IMG/VR virus record: IMGVR_UViG_3300047585_000006
Location: 1 to 58,092 of that record
From: a virus
Taxonomy: Duplodnaviria; Caudoviricetes
Length of the DNA stretch: 58,092 nucleotides
Reading direction: 5' to 3' (one strand)
Each line of letters opens with the position of its first letter. Within the stretch, counting starts at the first letter, position 1. Positions 9,400-19,206 of this stretch are shown here, piece after piece. The notes beneath the pieces were generated by a model. The model had not been told where the DNA came from, did no database searches, and was given only the letters and a program-made list of their open reading frames with translations. A program made the position numbers and the translations under genes.

Positions 9400-9726
9400 T
9401 TAAAGTTTACTACGAAGATACCCGAGAACTTCCCGGTTATCGCCCTTGATATCGTTCAAGGCATCTACAGCCTTCTCCAAAAACTCGATCTGTTGGGTGC
9501 CCTGCGATTGGAGAGTCGTCAGGCAATTGCTACGCTGAGTCGTCAGTTCTTTGTGAACGTCGTCCAGCTTCGTTGTCATCGCGTCCCATTTAGCTTTTGC
9601 TTGGCGGAATGGGTACGCGACCGCCGCGAGAAATCCAGTGACCATAAGGGTTACCACAACCTCGTGCTTGAACTCACTGAGGATCGGAAATGCGTAGTTA
9701 CTTGCTAGGGCTATCAGGTGAAGCAT
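9400..9726 (-). CDS. membrane protein with coiled coil (holin-like)
   Basis: One TM segment plus coiled coil, in a lysis-like neighbourhood. Confidence 0.55.
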   Translation of the reverse strand: MLHLIALASNYAFPILSEFKHEVVVTLMVTGFLAAVAYPFRQAKAKWDAMTTKLDDVHKELTTQRSNCLTTLQSQGTQQIEFLEKAVDALNDIKGDNREVLGYLRSKL

Positions 9727-10261
9727 CGGGGGTTGTACCTTTCAAAAATTCCAGAAGAGCCTCCAACTCTTCGATGGTAGCATCTGGCTTCAGCCGATTT
9801 GCTCGATGGCTAATCACCCAGACATTACCCTTTACATAGCCCAAACTATTATCTTTGCGGTCTAACGAAGGAGAACATCCTGTCGTTGTTAGGCTACCGC
9901 GTTCTCTTTGAAGTGCTGTGCCAAGTATCGGACAGACTTCAGGAATTGATATGTCCGACAATTCAATGTCAAATTCCAATCCCTTTTCTTTCGCTCGCTT
10001 CTTGGCTGCATGCCACATCTGATATTCGGCAGTGTTCCGCAGCCCGTGACGATAATTAGGACTTTCGGAGCCTTTACATCTCCGTAGACATCCGCAACTT
10101 TTCGTATGTCCTGTCGATAACCGAGAAGCCACAAAGTCCTTGGTTCTCCCGCATTCGCAAATACATTTCCACAAATGCTGTCCATGCCTATTAAGTCCCG
10201 CCGTCCTGAGGACCTTGAGTTTGCCGAATACTCTACGACTTAGGTTGAGGGTTCTGGGCAT
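9698..10261 (-). CDS. HNH-type endonuclease
   Basis: WKCICECG, SCGC, CPILG, SLDRKDNSLGYVKGNV...ANRLK. Confidence 0.85.
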   Translation of the reverse strand: MPRTLNLSRRVFGKLKVLRTAGLNRHGQHLWKCICECGRTKDFVASRLSTGHTKSCGCLRRCKGSESPNYRHGLRNTAEYQMWHAAKKRAKEKGLEFDIELSDISIPEVCPILGTALQRERGSLTTTGCSPSLDRKDNSLGYVKGNVWVISHRANRLKPDATIEELEALLEFLKGTTPDASPDSPSK

Positions 10262-10457
10262 CGTCCTTGTCTTTCTGGGCAGGACTAAATGCGTGCCCTG
10301 TTATAGCCCCTAGAATCGTCCCCGTGTAGGCAACGAAACTCATATCGAGGTGATGGAACCATTGGAGAACTGAGCCGACAATGAACATCACCACACAAAT
10401 CGGCAGGTGATAGTCCTTCATATTGGTCAGAACTTTATCGACCAACCCCATATTCAT
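10233..10457 (-). CDS. putative holin
   Basis: 74 aa, two TM segments, charged C-terminus. Confidence 0.6.
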   Translation of the reverse strand: MNMGLVDKVLTNMKDYHLPICVVMFIVGSVLQWFHHLDMSFVAYTGTILGAITGHAFSPAQKDKDDAQNPQPKS

Positions 10458-10470
10458 CTCACTTCTCTCC

Positions 10471-10902
10471 TCATTTCAGAAACACCAATCCATTCATATT
10501 CGCAACGATAGGATGGCGTCGAAGTCCGTCAATACCAACAGAGTCTACCACTTTTTCCTTAAACCGAGGTTTTTCAATGCGACTCAACTCGCACCAGTAC
10601 AACGCACCTTTGCTAAGGTCGGGAATTGATCCATCGTAGATTCCATCCACCGCATGAAGCAGCTTGATGAATCCAGCGTCCCACACTGACGGGTGTTCTA
10701 GCTTGGGCAGTTCATTCTCAGCCATGAACAGAGGCACACGATCAACGATCTGCAACCACGATCCCCATCCGCATCTGACCCGATTAGATAAGGTGTGCAT
10801 AATCATTTGTCCCGCAATATGCCCCGCACCAACATAGCTTTGGCTAAAACGCCAACCAAGTTCTACGAGACGCCCTTGTATATAAAAATCCTGTTTAAGC
10901 AA
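10471..10902 (-). CDS. SleB/Hydrolase_2-like cell wall hydrolase homolog
   Basis: TLSNRV, DLSKGALYW and terminal VF resemble the family; catalytic Glu not evident. Confidence 0.5.
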   Translation of the reverse strand: MLKQDFYIQGRLVELGWRFSQSYVGAGHIAGQMIMHTLSNRVRCGWGSWLQIVDRVPLFMAENELPKLEHPSVWDAGFIKLLHAVDGIYDGSIPDLSKGALYWCELSRIEKPRFKEKVVDSVGIDGLRRHPIVANMNGLVFLK

Positions 10903-11422
10903 AGAGTCCTCCTACCGATCTTGTGCGGGTCGCAGCAAAGTCACGCATTCGTTTAAGTTCTAGAGTAGAAACCTTACGTCCTTTCTTTGCTCGACTCATC
11001 GCCGCCCGTGACTCAGGAGTCCACACCCTTTTCTTGTTGCTCTCAGCAACCGAAGACCGAGCATTCGCGGAATGGGTTCGTCCGAAAAAGTGATTCAGCC
11101 TACCCGTCCGCGACTTTGACAACTTCGCTCGAAGTTCGAGAGACGCCACGAACCCGGAAGAACCCTCACCACCATCCGTAAGATTTCTTAAACAGCCCGT
11201 TCCGAGGTCGAGTCGTTCATAAAACGAAATGAAGAATCTTTCTAAGTCAAAGGCTTCTTGTTCGGATTCGCACTCTTGAAGAATAATCCGAGCCGTATCC
11301 GACGGCGGTCGTTGACGGTGTTTGTTTCGTATAAACGCACGAGTGCCATGACCTTTGCCAACATAGTACGGCGTGCCATCTTGCCGGAGCCACATGTACA
11401 CATAGAACCTGTGTTCTCCCAT
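10895..11422 (-). CDS. GIY-YIG endonuclease with NUMOD3 motif
   Basis: YVY...PYYVGKG..R, E, NLTDGGEG, NHFFGRTHS. Confidence 0.9.
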   Translation of the reverse strand: MGEHRFYVYMWLRQDGTPYYVGKGHGTRAFIRNKHRQRPPSDTARIILQECESEQEAFDLERFFISFYERLDLGTGCLRNLTDGGEGSSGFVASLELRAKLSKSRTGRLNHFFGRTHSANARSSVAESNKKRVWTPESRAAMSRAKKGRKVSTLELKRMRDFAATRTRSVGGLFA

Positions 11423-11428
11423 GAACTA

Positions 11429-11458
11429 AGAATAGCACGAAAGTGTGACGGCTGTCAA
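11429..11458 (-). promoter_or_regulatory. sigma70-like promoter, probably leaderless transcript
   Basis: TTGACA-N18-TATTCT, ATG 6 nt downstream, no RBS. Confidence 0.7.
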
Positions 11459-11468
11459 CATCTTCGTG

Positions 11469-11876
11469 CTATAAGATTTTGCGTGCCGCTGGTACAGCAC
11501 CTTTCGCTTTCTTTACGCCTTTTCGGACGCCTTCGTAGACGCTTTCTGTCGTTGCTGCTCCAGTTCCCGCTGGAATTGCTCCGGTAGTTCGGCTTCCTGC
11601 TCCGCGTCCAGTTTGGCCGGAGGGTTGCCCAGATACGCCCAATGCAGGTAATTCTCCAGCGTTAACGGGGCTTTGGCCCGTTTCATTGCCGCCAGCGTTG
11701 CCGTTTCCTGTGCCATTCGATTCTCCTGTCCTCCACGGGGGCCGAGTAAACCCTCCCGCAGCTTGAACAATCTTAGCACGAGCTTGGTCGATTGTCAAGT
11801 CGCCCGCCACATGCTGCTGCCAGATTCCGGTCACCGCTTTACGAAGTGCCGGAGTCTTCTTTTCATCACCTCTCAC
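11469..11876 (-). CDS. hypothetical ORF, possible detached C-terminal fragment of the upstream protein
   Basis: GTG start overlaps the end of 11866-14091; contains a second ORF in another frame. Confidence 0.4.
   Translation of the reverse strand: MRGDEKKTPALRKAVTGIWQQHVAGDLTIDQARAKIVQAAGGFTRPPWRTGESNGTGNGNAGGNETGQSPVNAGELPALGVSGQPSGQTGRGAGSRTTGAIPAGTGAATTESVYEGVRKGVKKAKGAVPAARKIL
11513..11716 (-). CDS. small hypothetical phage protein
   Basis: AGGAG before ATG 11716; PLTLENYLHWAYLGNPP...AELPEQFQ. Confidence 0.65.
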   Translation of the reverse strand: MAQETATLAAMKRAKAPLTLENYLHWAYLGNPPAKLDAEQEAELPEQFQRELEQQRQKASTKASEKA

Positions 11877-14091
11877 GCCACTTATCCATGTCTACGCTGT
11901 ACTGGACTTGACCGCCGGGATATTCTTTCTTGGTGACCGCGTCAGGATTCTCTTTGACGAGTTTCTCCCATGCACCGCGTGCCGCACCCGTTGTCGAGAT
12001 GTCGCTCTTGACGCGGGTTGTGTCATCGCTTACGCTAGACAAGAGATGCCGAAGTTGATCGGGTCCGCGTCCGGCTCCACGCATTGCGGGATCATAGACT
12101 TGGTTAGATCGAACCGTGACTTCTTTCGGGGCAGTGTCTTGTGCCGCGAGTTCACCGATCTTGTTGCCGTTCGCATCAGTCGTGACAACGGAGTGCTGGA
12201 GATTGCTTGCACCGGAGTTGGTGTTGCGATACTCCATGTCCTCGCCGTGTTGATTGGTTCCCTTGACAGGTTCCTCCCAAGGCATCGAGCCGGGAAGACC
12301 CATTTCACCACGTTCGTCTTGCCACAACTGTCGTGCAAATTTCTTAAAACTATCGAGCTTACCGAGAGCGTTAGGATCACCACTCTTGATGGCCTGAGTC
12401 AACTGGCGTGCAGCAGGTTCGGATTGCATCGCTTCACCGAACATCCGAGTCATGATCTTCGAGCCGATCTTCTCAGCCGCAGATTCACCCATCAGCCCCT
12501 CAGCTAGACCGGAGATTCCGTGTCCACCCGAGAGTGCTACAGCAATAGCTTTACCCGCTAGCTTAGTCAATCCACCAAACTTCGGTTCGACTTGTTCTTT
12601 TCGCAGGGTATCCGCGAGTTCCCCGAGTGCGTCGATATGCTCCGGGGTAAGCCCAGCCTTCTCGAAAAGTCCGTCGGGGGTTCGACGGATTCGGTCAATA
12701 GCATTAGCCAACTTCTGGCCATTGACTTCGTATCCGCCGCCCTCTTTAGGCGAGGTTGCGGTGTCGAACTGTTTAGCAATCTTGTTAATCGCTACCTGTT
12801 TGCGGTAATTTCCTTTCATCTCGTCTACATCAAAACCCGCATCCGAAAGTTCATCCCGATGCTGGTCTATGATTTCATCTTGAAGGGCGAGGGCGGTCTT
12901 GTACTTCTCACGCCCCTCTGTCGTGAAATCTTTGGCAGAATTAGATTCTGCCTCTTGAGCATCGCTAAACGCGTTGCCCGACAGACGGTCCAATTCTTGA
13001 AAGGCGGGAACCGACTGACCTTTCAAATCATTTGCGTGTGCCCGAAGTCCGAAACGATCTGTATCACCAACAGCCGTTTCTGCGTTCGATCCAACGGCCT
13101 GTTTGGTAACTTCCCCAACGCCGTGCTGTACCGCCGCTGCTGTTTTGTCCGTAGCTTTGGATAGAGCATCAGGGTCTACCGCTTTAGCAACAGATTCCGC
13201 GAACAGCCCATTCGGACGAACGGGGATTTCTTGTCCCGCGATATTCTTGGTCACTGGACGAACCGCTTCTTGAAGCGAGTTCCCTATATCCGCAGCGGTA
13301 TGTAGAGGAGCCGTAGCTCCTAGAACTGCTTGACCCGCACCGCCAAGAGTTTCTTGCACATTCTCAGGCGTTGCACCTTGCTGTGCCATGTGGTATCCGC
13401 CAATAGCGGCTTGCCCAGCACCTTGCAAACCAAAAGCTGTACCCACGAGAGGGCTAACCGTTCGTGCGATTTTACCAACAGCACCCGGCACCTTACCGAG
13501 TTCACCGAGACTTAGCGTGCCAAGAGCGAGAGGGCTGGTAAAAGATGCCGCCATGTCACTCGTGTCTTTCGCAGCACCTGCGATAAAAGTTTTGATTCCG
13601 TTACGAATAGCGTGCGTTTCAGGCGAAGCGACAAAGGGATGAGAAGTTCCGTTGGATTCTTTCTTTACACCCATCTTGGGTTTCTCGGGCGTGAAGTGCT
13701 CATCGGCTTTCGTGTCAAAATCATTGATGCCCGGAATGTATGCTTGACCGTACATCTTCTCGAACGCGGCTGCTCGAATGATGTCGCTCGTCTTCATTCC
13801 TTCAGGAAGAACATTATCCCCGATGGGGGAATTAACCCAATCCCACGCACGATGCAACAATCCATGCTTCGCATCAGCCGCTTTCTTATCCGCGATTGCT
13901 TGGGCTTTTTGGGCTTGAACATCCACTGGATATGGCGGGGGCGGGGTTGGTTGAGCCTCAGTCGCTACTTGGTCCAACAGCGATGGCCCCTGTGTGACTT
14001 GTGGAGCCGAAGGTTGCGGTGTAGGTTGAGACTCCTGAGTAGGCTGATTGGTTTGCTGTGACTCGTTAGCTACTTCGTCTAGTATTCCCAT
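11866..14091 (-). CDS. putative ejection/internal virion protein with C-terminal GNAT-like domain
   Basis: Ala/Gly-rich helical protein after the tail genes; VYDPAMRGAGRG...SD...AWEKL at the C-terminus. Confidence 0.6.
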   Translation of the reverse strand: MGILDEVANESQQTNQPTQESQPTPQPSAPQVTQGPSLLDQVATEAQPTPPPPYPVDVQAQKAQAIADKKAADAKHGLLHRAWDWVNSPIGDNVLPEGMKTSDIIRAAAFEKMYGQAYIPGINDFDTKADEHFTPEKPKMGVKKESNGTSHPFVASPETHAIRNGIKTFIAGAAKDTSDMAASFTSPLALGTLSLGELGKVPGAVGKIARTVSPLVGTAFGLQGAGQAAIGGYHMAQQGATPENVQETLGGAGQAVLGATAPLHTAADIGNSLQEAVRPVTKNIAGQEIPVRPNGLFAESVAKAVDPDALSKATDKTAAAVQHGVGEVTKQAVGSNAETAVGDTDRFGLRAHANDLKGQSVPAFQELDRLSGNAFSDAQEAESNSAKDFTTEGREKYKTALALQDEIIDQHRDELSDAGFDVDEMKGNYRKQVAINKIAKQFDTATSPKEGGGYEVNGQKLANAIDRIRRTPDGLFEKAGLTPEHIDALGELADTLRKEQVEPKFGGLTKLAGKAIAVALSGGHGISGLAEGLMGESAAEKIGSKIMTRMFGEAMQSEPAARQLTQAIKSGDPNALGKLDSFKKFARQLWQDERGEMGLPGSMPWEEPVKGTNQHGEDMEYRNTNSGASNLQHSVVTTDANGNKIGELAAQDTAPKEVTVRSNQVYDPAMRGAGRGPDQLRHLLSSVSDDTTRVKSDISTTGAARGAWEKLVKENPDAVTKKEYPGGQVQYSVDMDKWRER

Positions 14092-14127
14092 GAATCCCTT
14101 CCTTCGTTCCGACTTCACGCCACTCGC

Positions 14128-16404
14128 CTATTGGAGAATCCAGCCGTTTTTCTTGGCCAGCAAAGTCGCTTGGGCTTTATCTTCCCCTGCGGCTTGGTAA
14201 TACGCCTTTGCGAGATTTTTGTCAACCATCTGTTGTGGTTTGCCCGCTGTCCATCCCTTGGGCAATGGAACCGATACTTTAGCCGATTGGCTGGGGATGC
14301 CGAACTTCTGCATCGTCCCTGCTGCGGCTGGATCGAGCAACCGCTGAGGAGTCGTGCCCACGGTTGAGACGTAGCCCTTGCCAAGTGACGCCAACCGAAA
14401 GTCTGCCGTCTTCGCCAGTTCTTTCAACGCCTCGTTAATTTGAAGGGGAGTTGATTCAGGACTCAAGACCGTTTCCATCTGTTTGATGTCAGCTTCGTGC
14501 TCTGCTCGATTGGCATTCAGGAAGGACATATATTCTTTGGCCGGGGCACCAAGAGCCGCTTGCAGACGAACGAAGTTCGGATCGTCCGCTGCGTTCTTCG
14601 CTATCCACGCCATCGGACGGTTAAGCAGAGGCGAATTCATACGTTGCCATGCGGCATTTGCGTCAGCCGCCTCGGCTTCGTGTCCCATGAAAGTGTTAAA
14701 GGACGAAATCTGTTGACCGACCTTTCCGGCTGCACTGTACGACTTCACAGCGTCAGCTTTCGCCGTCATAGCCGCTGCACTATAATCCGTTGGATCAAGA
14801 CCCCGAGCAGTTGCCATATCTTCAAGGGCGTTCTGGGCGTTCTCACGAGCGTTGCCCCGCATAGAAGCCAGTTTAGTGATGTCGTCCACCGAGCCTTCAA
14901 TAATGTGACTCGCCGTCTTTGCCATCTGGGTTGGATCACCGTCGGCCAAAGCCTTCTTCTCAGCCAAACTCTTGTTACTATTGACGACTGAATCCGTCCG
15001 TGCCGTCAATTTCTCAACTTGGGCCTTGTTCATGTGAACATTGCCATCTTTGTCCGGCGAGGGAACGTCAACTAGCAACGTCTTCTTATCAGATTCCGTC
15101 AAGTCAGGATTGCTCGTAATCGAATCCACCAAGCCTTTGACTTGTGCGGGATCAGCCGGAGACTTCTCACCCTGTCCGCCCTCTTTAGCGAGAGCTTCTG
15201 CACTCGTCTGCTTGAGCGTTTGTTCGGTGACGTAGCGTGCGGCCTTGTCAGGGTTGATACCCATCGCGGTCAGCAGGGTTGCACCGTCAGGAGACCTCTG
15301 GAGACGGTCGAGGACTTGATACATCTCGCCGCCCTGAGCCAGAGCGTTCTCTGCTTCCATCAGGGATTGACGAACCCGAGGATTGCTACGTGACGCCGCT
15401 GCGACATCGACATCCTTGGACTTAATGCCAAGGGCTTCGAGAGCATCGTCGTTACGCTTCATGAAGGCTTCTAGGTTGCCCGCACTGTTTGCGAGGTTGA
15501 GGTCGCTGAGATACTGACCCACGGGGACGCGAATGTTCCCTCCGCTGAGATCGTACGCGTTCTTGTAAGCGGGCTTGAACTTCGCTAGTTCTGCCGCCGA
15601 GCTTTCGCTCATGTTGATCTTGGCATCGGGATTGATGACCGCGTAAGTCGGCTGCACTGAAGTGCGTCCGTCCGCGTCAGTAACATCCTGATAGCCGTCG
15701 ATGACCATGTTCTGCGAAGACATTTTGCCTTTGGTCATCTGCATTGCTTGTTCAAGCGTCAGACCCTTGCCTTTAATCAACTTCTGGGCCGGATCGTCCT
15801 GCTTAGCATCGTAATCGCTGAGGTCTTTCAATATTGTCGCATTATTGCGGTCTGCGATACCCTGAAGTTCCTGATGTTGCTGCTGTGCCAACGCAGCATA
15901 CTGGTGCATCGTGTCAATGTTGTTCTTGACGACCGAGAGCTTCTTAGTCTGCATCTCGTCGCTGGTCGCTTGCAATTTCCCGTTCTGCGCAGTCTGCTGT
16001 TCCTTGCCAGCACCATAAGCCGCCGCTGCCGTCGCGTCACCGGACACAACCGGACCATAAGTTCCTTCACGGTACTTAGTCGGCGTCATCATGCCCGCGA
16101 GGACAGATGCGATGACACTATTACCGAGCGATGCACGGTTACGGACGACTTGCTGCTTACCCGTTGGATCGACGTAAGTCTGACCCGGATTCACCATCCC
16201 TAGTATCTTGGAGAACAGATCAATGTGCTGGGCATGAGGGTCACTCGGCTGGGCTTGAACAGGATTCTGCTGGGTAGGCGTTGGCACGCCGGAAGTAGGC
16301 GGAACAACCGTCTGGGTTATGGGTGGCGTAACCGGAGCGTCGGCCGGAGCCGACGCTCCCGATTGTGTTGAGGGGAGAGCTTGTGGATTATTAGTTTCAG
16401 ACAT
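14128..16404 (-). CDS. putative ejection/internal virion protein
   Basis: 758 aa, Ala/Gln-rich helical, podovirus ejection-gene position. Confidence 0.6.
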   Translation of the reverse strand: MSETNNPQALPSTQSGASAPADAPVTPPITQTVVPPTSGVPTPTQQNPVQAQPSDPHAQHIDLFSKILGMVNPGQTYVDPTGKQQVVRNRASLGNSVIASVLAGMMTPTKYREGTYGPVVSGDATAAAAYGAGKEQQTAQNGKLQATSDEMQTKKLSVVKNNIDTMHQYAALAQQQHQELQGIADRNNATILKDLSDYDAKQDDPAQKLIKGKGLTLEQAMQMTKGKMSSQNMVIDGYQDVTDADGRTSVQPTYAVINPDAKINMSESSAAELAKFKPAYKNAYDLSGGNIRVPVGQYLSDLNLANSAGNLEAFMKRNDDALEALGIKSKDVDVAAASRSNPRVRQSLMEAENALAQGGEMYQVLDRLQRSPDGATLLTAMGINPDKAARYVTEQTLKQTSAEALAKEGGQGEKSPADPAQVKGLVDSITSNPDLTESDKKTLLVDVPSPDKDGNVHMNKAQVEKLTARTDSVVNSNKSLAEKKALADGDPTQMAKTASHIIEGSVDDITKLASMRGNARENAQNALEDMATARGLDPTDYSAAAMTAKADAVKSYSAAGKVGQQISSFNTFMGHEAEAADANAAWQRMNSPLLNRPMAWIAKNAADDPNFVRLQAALGAPAKEYMSFLNANRAEHEADIKQMETVLSPESTPLQINEALKELAKTADFRLASLGKGYVSTVGTTPQRLLDPAAAGTMQKFGIPSQSAKVSVPLPKGWTAGKPQQMVDKNLAKAYYQAAGEDKAQATLLAKKNGWILQ

Positions 16405-16486
16405 CTTGCTCCTGTTCTATAAATTTACTTGGACGAGCACTCGTCAAATTCGGCCAGCCACGGATTTACCCACGGTGCCGAGCCGT

Positions 16487-16531
16487 TCATAATATATGGC
16501 CCCGCTTAAATTGTGTAGCCTTTGAAGACAT
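16487..16531 (-). pseudogene. probable remnant of a homing endonuclease gene
   Basis: MSSKATQFKRGHIL* directly behind a strong promoter; TQFKxGH resembles NUMOD-type N-termini. Confidence 0.4.
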
Positions 16532-16538
16532 GATCTAC

Positions 16539-16567
16539 ACAGTACACGACTATCGGACCCCTGTCAA
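16539..16567 (-). promoter_or_regulatory. sigma70-like promoter
   Basis: TTGACA-N17-TACTGT, ATG 7 nt downstream. Confidence 0.6.
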
Positions 16568-16574
16568 GTTAAAT

Positions 16575-17354
16575 CTATTCTCCCCACTGTGCTCCGCTGC
16601 CGCCCCCGCCGCTGGTTACACCAGATGAACCGGGGAACGTGCCGTTGTCGGGCATCGGCATTGCGAGTTTCTTGACTGCACCCATACCCGGAAGCGATGC
16701 CGCACCACCGACGCTAGACAAAGCCTTTGAAGCGATGCCGAGTGCCGATGAAGATTTTTCCGCAGCATCAAGAGATGCTTGACTCTTCTGTGCCGCCGTG
16801 TTGGACTGGATGCCAACATCGTTCGCTTGGTTAGAAGTCGAGAAGACGCCGGGAAGTTCTTTCTCTTCACCCGCTGCCTTAAAAAAGTTTTGACGACCCG
16901 CTTCATCGCTCTGGATTGTACCAGACGAGATAGCGTTGGACGTATCAGACTCAGCCTTTTGCTGTGCCGCGAGTCGAGCCGAGGCCGCTTGCCCGCCTGC
17001 GGTAGTGTCGGTCGCTGCTCGTGAAGCCGCAGCCGACCCGAGGTCTCGGGCTTCAGCAGCACCACGCTGCATCGCTTGAGTGTTGTACGCATTCGTTTCG
17101 CTCTGACTCCAGCCTGCTTGCTGGGGTCCGCCCTGCACAATTCGTTGCAGAGGCCCCATGAGGTTCTGGAAGACTGACGTTGCGTCAAAGCCTTCAGTCT
17201 TTGCTTCCGCATTGACGTAGTTATTGAAGTCCTGCATCTGGGCGTTCAACGCCTTCTGTGCAGCCGTGGGCTTGTTATTCAAAGCCCCCAGAGCGCCGCC
17301 TAGAATCCCGGCTCCCATGCCGATTGGCGTCAAACTCATTGGTGATATTCCCAT
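16575..17354 (-). CDS. putative ejection/pilot protein
   Basis: Gly/Ala-rich amphipathic N-terminus GMGAGILGGALGAL; Ala/Gln-rich body. Confidence 0.6.
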   Translation of the reverse strand: MGISPMSLTPIGMGAGILGGALGALNNKPTAAQKALNAQMQDFNNYVNAEAKTEGFDATSVFQNLMGPLQRIVQGGPQQAGWSQSETNAYNTQAMQRGAAEARDLGSAAASRAATDTTAGGQAASARLAAQQKAESDTSNAISSGTIQSDEAGRQNFFKAAGEEKELPGVFSTSNQANDVGIQSNTAAQKSQASLDAAEKSSSALGIASKALSSVGGAASLPGMGAVKKLAMPMPDNGTFPGSSGVTSGGGGSGAQWGE

Positions 17355-17367
17355 AATAGGTTATCCT

Positions 17368-17850
17368 TTACAACTCCTCGATGACCACAGCCAAAGCGTA
17401 GGTCATTGTTGCCGGAGTATTCGATGCGTAGCCTGTCGAAGTCACCGTAACGGGGGTACTCCCGTTCGTGTAGATGATCGCGTCCCCATCATACTCGGCG
17501 GTTGTTACGTTCGTCGAATCAGTCGGGACCAAAGTTTTTGTTCGTGCGATGCCGCCGGGATCGCTCCATTCCAGAGTCAAACTTGGCATCGTGCTACTCA
17601 CAGCGTCCACTACTTCGAGGGCCTGCGAGAAGCTGATGCGATAAACCGAAGGTGCCGCCGGAGTGACCAGCGTTTGTGGCGAACCCGCATTGAAGTCCGC
17701 AGTCAGTGTAGGTTCGAGGACGGAGACAGGTAGAACGACTCCGCTCTCAGGAACATAAAATGACATATTGCCCGCACCATCATTTTGCGGAATAACGTTG
17801 ACGCTGCCCGCAGGGGCCGCTGGCGTCGTTGACGAGAAATTTATAGACAC
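17368..17850 (-). CDS. putative virion protein
   Basis: GTG start overlapping the upstream TAG; N-terminus shared with 3778-3960. Confidence 0.65.
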   Translation of the reverse strand: MSINFSSTTPAAPAGSVNVIPQNDGAGNMSFYVPESGVVLPVSVLEPTLTADFNAGSPQTLVTPAAPSVYRISFSQALEVVDAVSSTMPSLTLEWSDPGGIARTKTLVPTDSTNVTTAEYDGDAIIYTNGSTPVTVTSTGYASNTPATMTYALAVVIEEL

Positions 17851-18206
17851 TATGTCTCCGTTCCGGGTACGCCTACTCCGTTTTGAAAAACGAAGAACGC
17901 GAAGCCATAAGTCCAACCTACTAGAGAGGCCAGATCAACTCCGTTGGAAAAGAATGCGTAATCATCGCTCACCGGAACGCCGTCGCACAACACTGTGCAT
18001 TCGAGCGGGACCGGAGTCCAGCCGATTCCGGCGATGAAGACCAGAGCGTAAGGTCCGGTGGGTGTGGTAGGACTGCCCGCACTACCGTTGATGACTACCG
18101 GGTTGCCTTGAATGCCGATAACTTTTACGCTTGTCGCTCCCGCCTCAGCCGAGACATCGCCACGCAATGGGAAGAGTGAGGAAGGGAAAACTTGACGGTT
18201 GGCCAT
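17850..18206 (-). CDS. putative virion protein
   Basis: LRGDVSAEAGATSVKVIGIQG fiber-like motif; RBS present. Confidence 0.65.
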   Translation of the reverse strand: MANRQVFPSSLFPLRGDVSAEAGATSVKVIGIQGNPVVINGSAGSPTTPTGPYALVFIAGIGWTPVPLECTVLCDGVPVSDDYAFFSNGVDLASLVGWTYGFAFFVFQNGVGVPGTET

Positions 18207-18215
18207 ATATCCTTC

Positions 18216-18803
18216 CTATGTTTCAAGGGGCACGTAACTTATCGTCAGCAGAAGCCCGTTGATTGCAGCGGGGCCAGAGTTGATGACCGTGACATAGACG
18301 TTCTTACTTTGAATAGAATCCGAGTTCGATCCCACGATGTTCTGAGGTTGCCAAACAAACGGGGACGTGTCAAGGACTACGTCAATGATGAGGCCCTGAG
18401 TGGTTTCCGCTGGGGCCGGGGCATCCACACCCCGCCCAGAATCAGCCGTTTGGCCCGCAATGGAACCATACAGCCGAACACAGCATCCTTGGTTTGCCGT
18501 GATTGAGAGAATCTGAAAGGATTGGGACAGTACGACCGTTGTTTGTGCCGAACTGTTGCCCGCGATAGAAACGAATGTGGCAGACGCCGTCTTTGCCACG
18601 AGGTTGATAGAAGAACCAGATGATCCACCGCTGGATGACCCGCTGCTTGCACCACCAAATTCCTTTACCGTTGTGGTTCCCCCGGTTTGGGGGGTCAACG
18701 GCAACACGCGAAACTTGGGAGATTCACTCCCTTCAAATTGTCTGAGGCTGTCAACGTCGGCTCCGACCGGCGGCAAAGGACAGCGAATGTTAGGATTGCT
18801 CAT
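18216..18803 (-). CDS. putative virion protein
   Basis: Beta-rich with Ser/Gly linker; ATG 18803 lies in the end of the endonuclease gene. Confidence 0.65.
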   Translation of the reverse strand: MSNPNIRCPLPPVGADVDSLRQFEGSESPKFRVLPLTPQTGGTTTVKEFGGASSGSSSGGSSGSSINLVAKTASATFVSIAGNSSAQTTVVLSQSFQILSITANQGCCVRLYGSIAGQTADSGRGVDAPAPAETTQGLIIDVVLDTSPFVWQPQNIVGSNSDSIQSKNVYVTVINSGPAAINGLLLTISYVPLET

Positions 18804-19203
18804 GAAGAGTTTTCCAGTCTCGAAGATACTTCGCAGCCGCTTCAAGAATGAGAGGATCGTCCATGAAACGACCCAGACCCGTGTTGCAATTCACACACAG
18901 TAAACCTCGGACTTTTTGCGTCTCGTGATTATGGTCAGTATGTGGTGCATCCAGTAAGCGTGAGCAAATCGCACAGCGGTTATTCTGTGCGGCCTTCTTC
19001 GCTTCATGTTCCTCGGGCGTTAACCCGTACGTTTTCTTGATGTAGTTGTCGTGATAAAAAGTCGGATTCAACCTATTGAACTCTTGAGTGCGTATGATGC
19101 AGCACGCCTTACACTCGTTGCGAGAATTCAGGTTATCCGACGTTTGAGCATGACCCCGCTTACAGACCTTTGGGATTTGTAAGCGGGGTTTTCTTTTCGA
19201 CAT
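18790..19203 (-). CDS. endonuclease VII-like HNH endonuclease
   Basis: YGLT, CAIC, DHNH, VRGLLCVNCNTGLG. Confidence 0.92.
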   Translation of the reverse strand: MSKRKPRLQIPKVCKRGHAQTSDNLNSRNECKACCIIRTQEFNRLNPTFYHDNYIKKTYGLTPEEHEAKKAAQNNRCAICSRLLDAPHTDHNHETQKVRGLLCVNCNTGLGRFMDDPLILEAAAKYLRDWKTLHEQS

Positions 19204-19206
19204 GGA

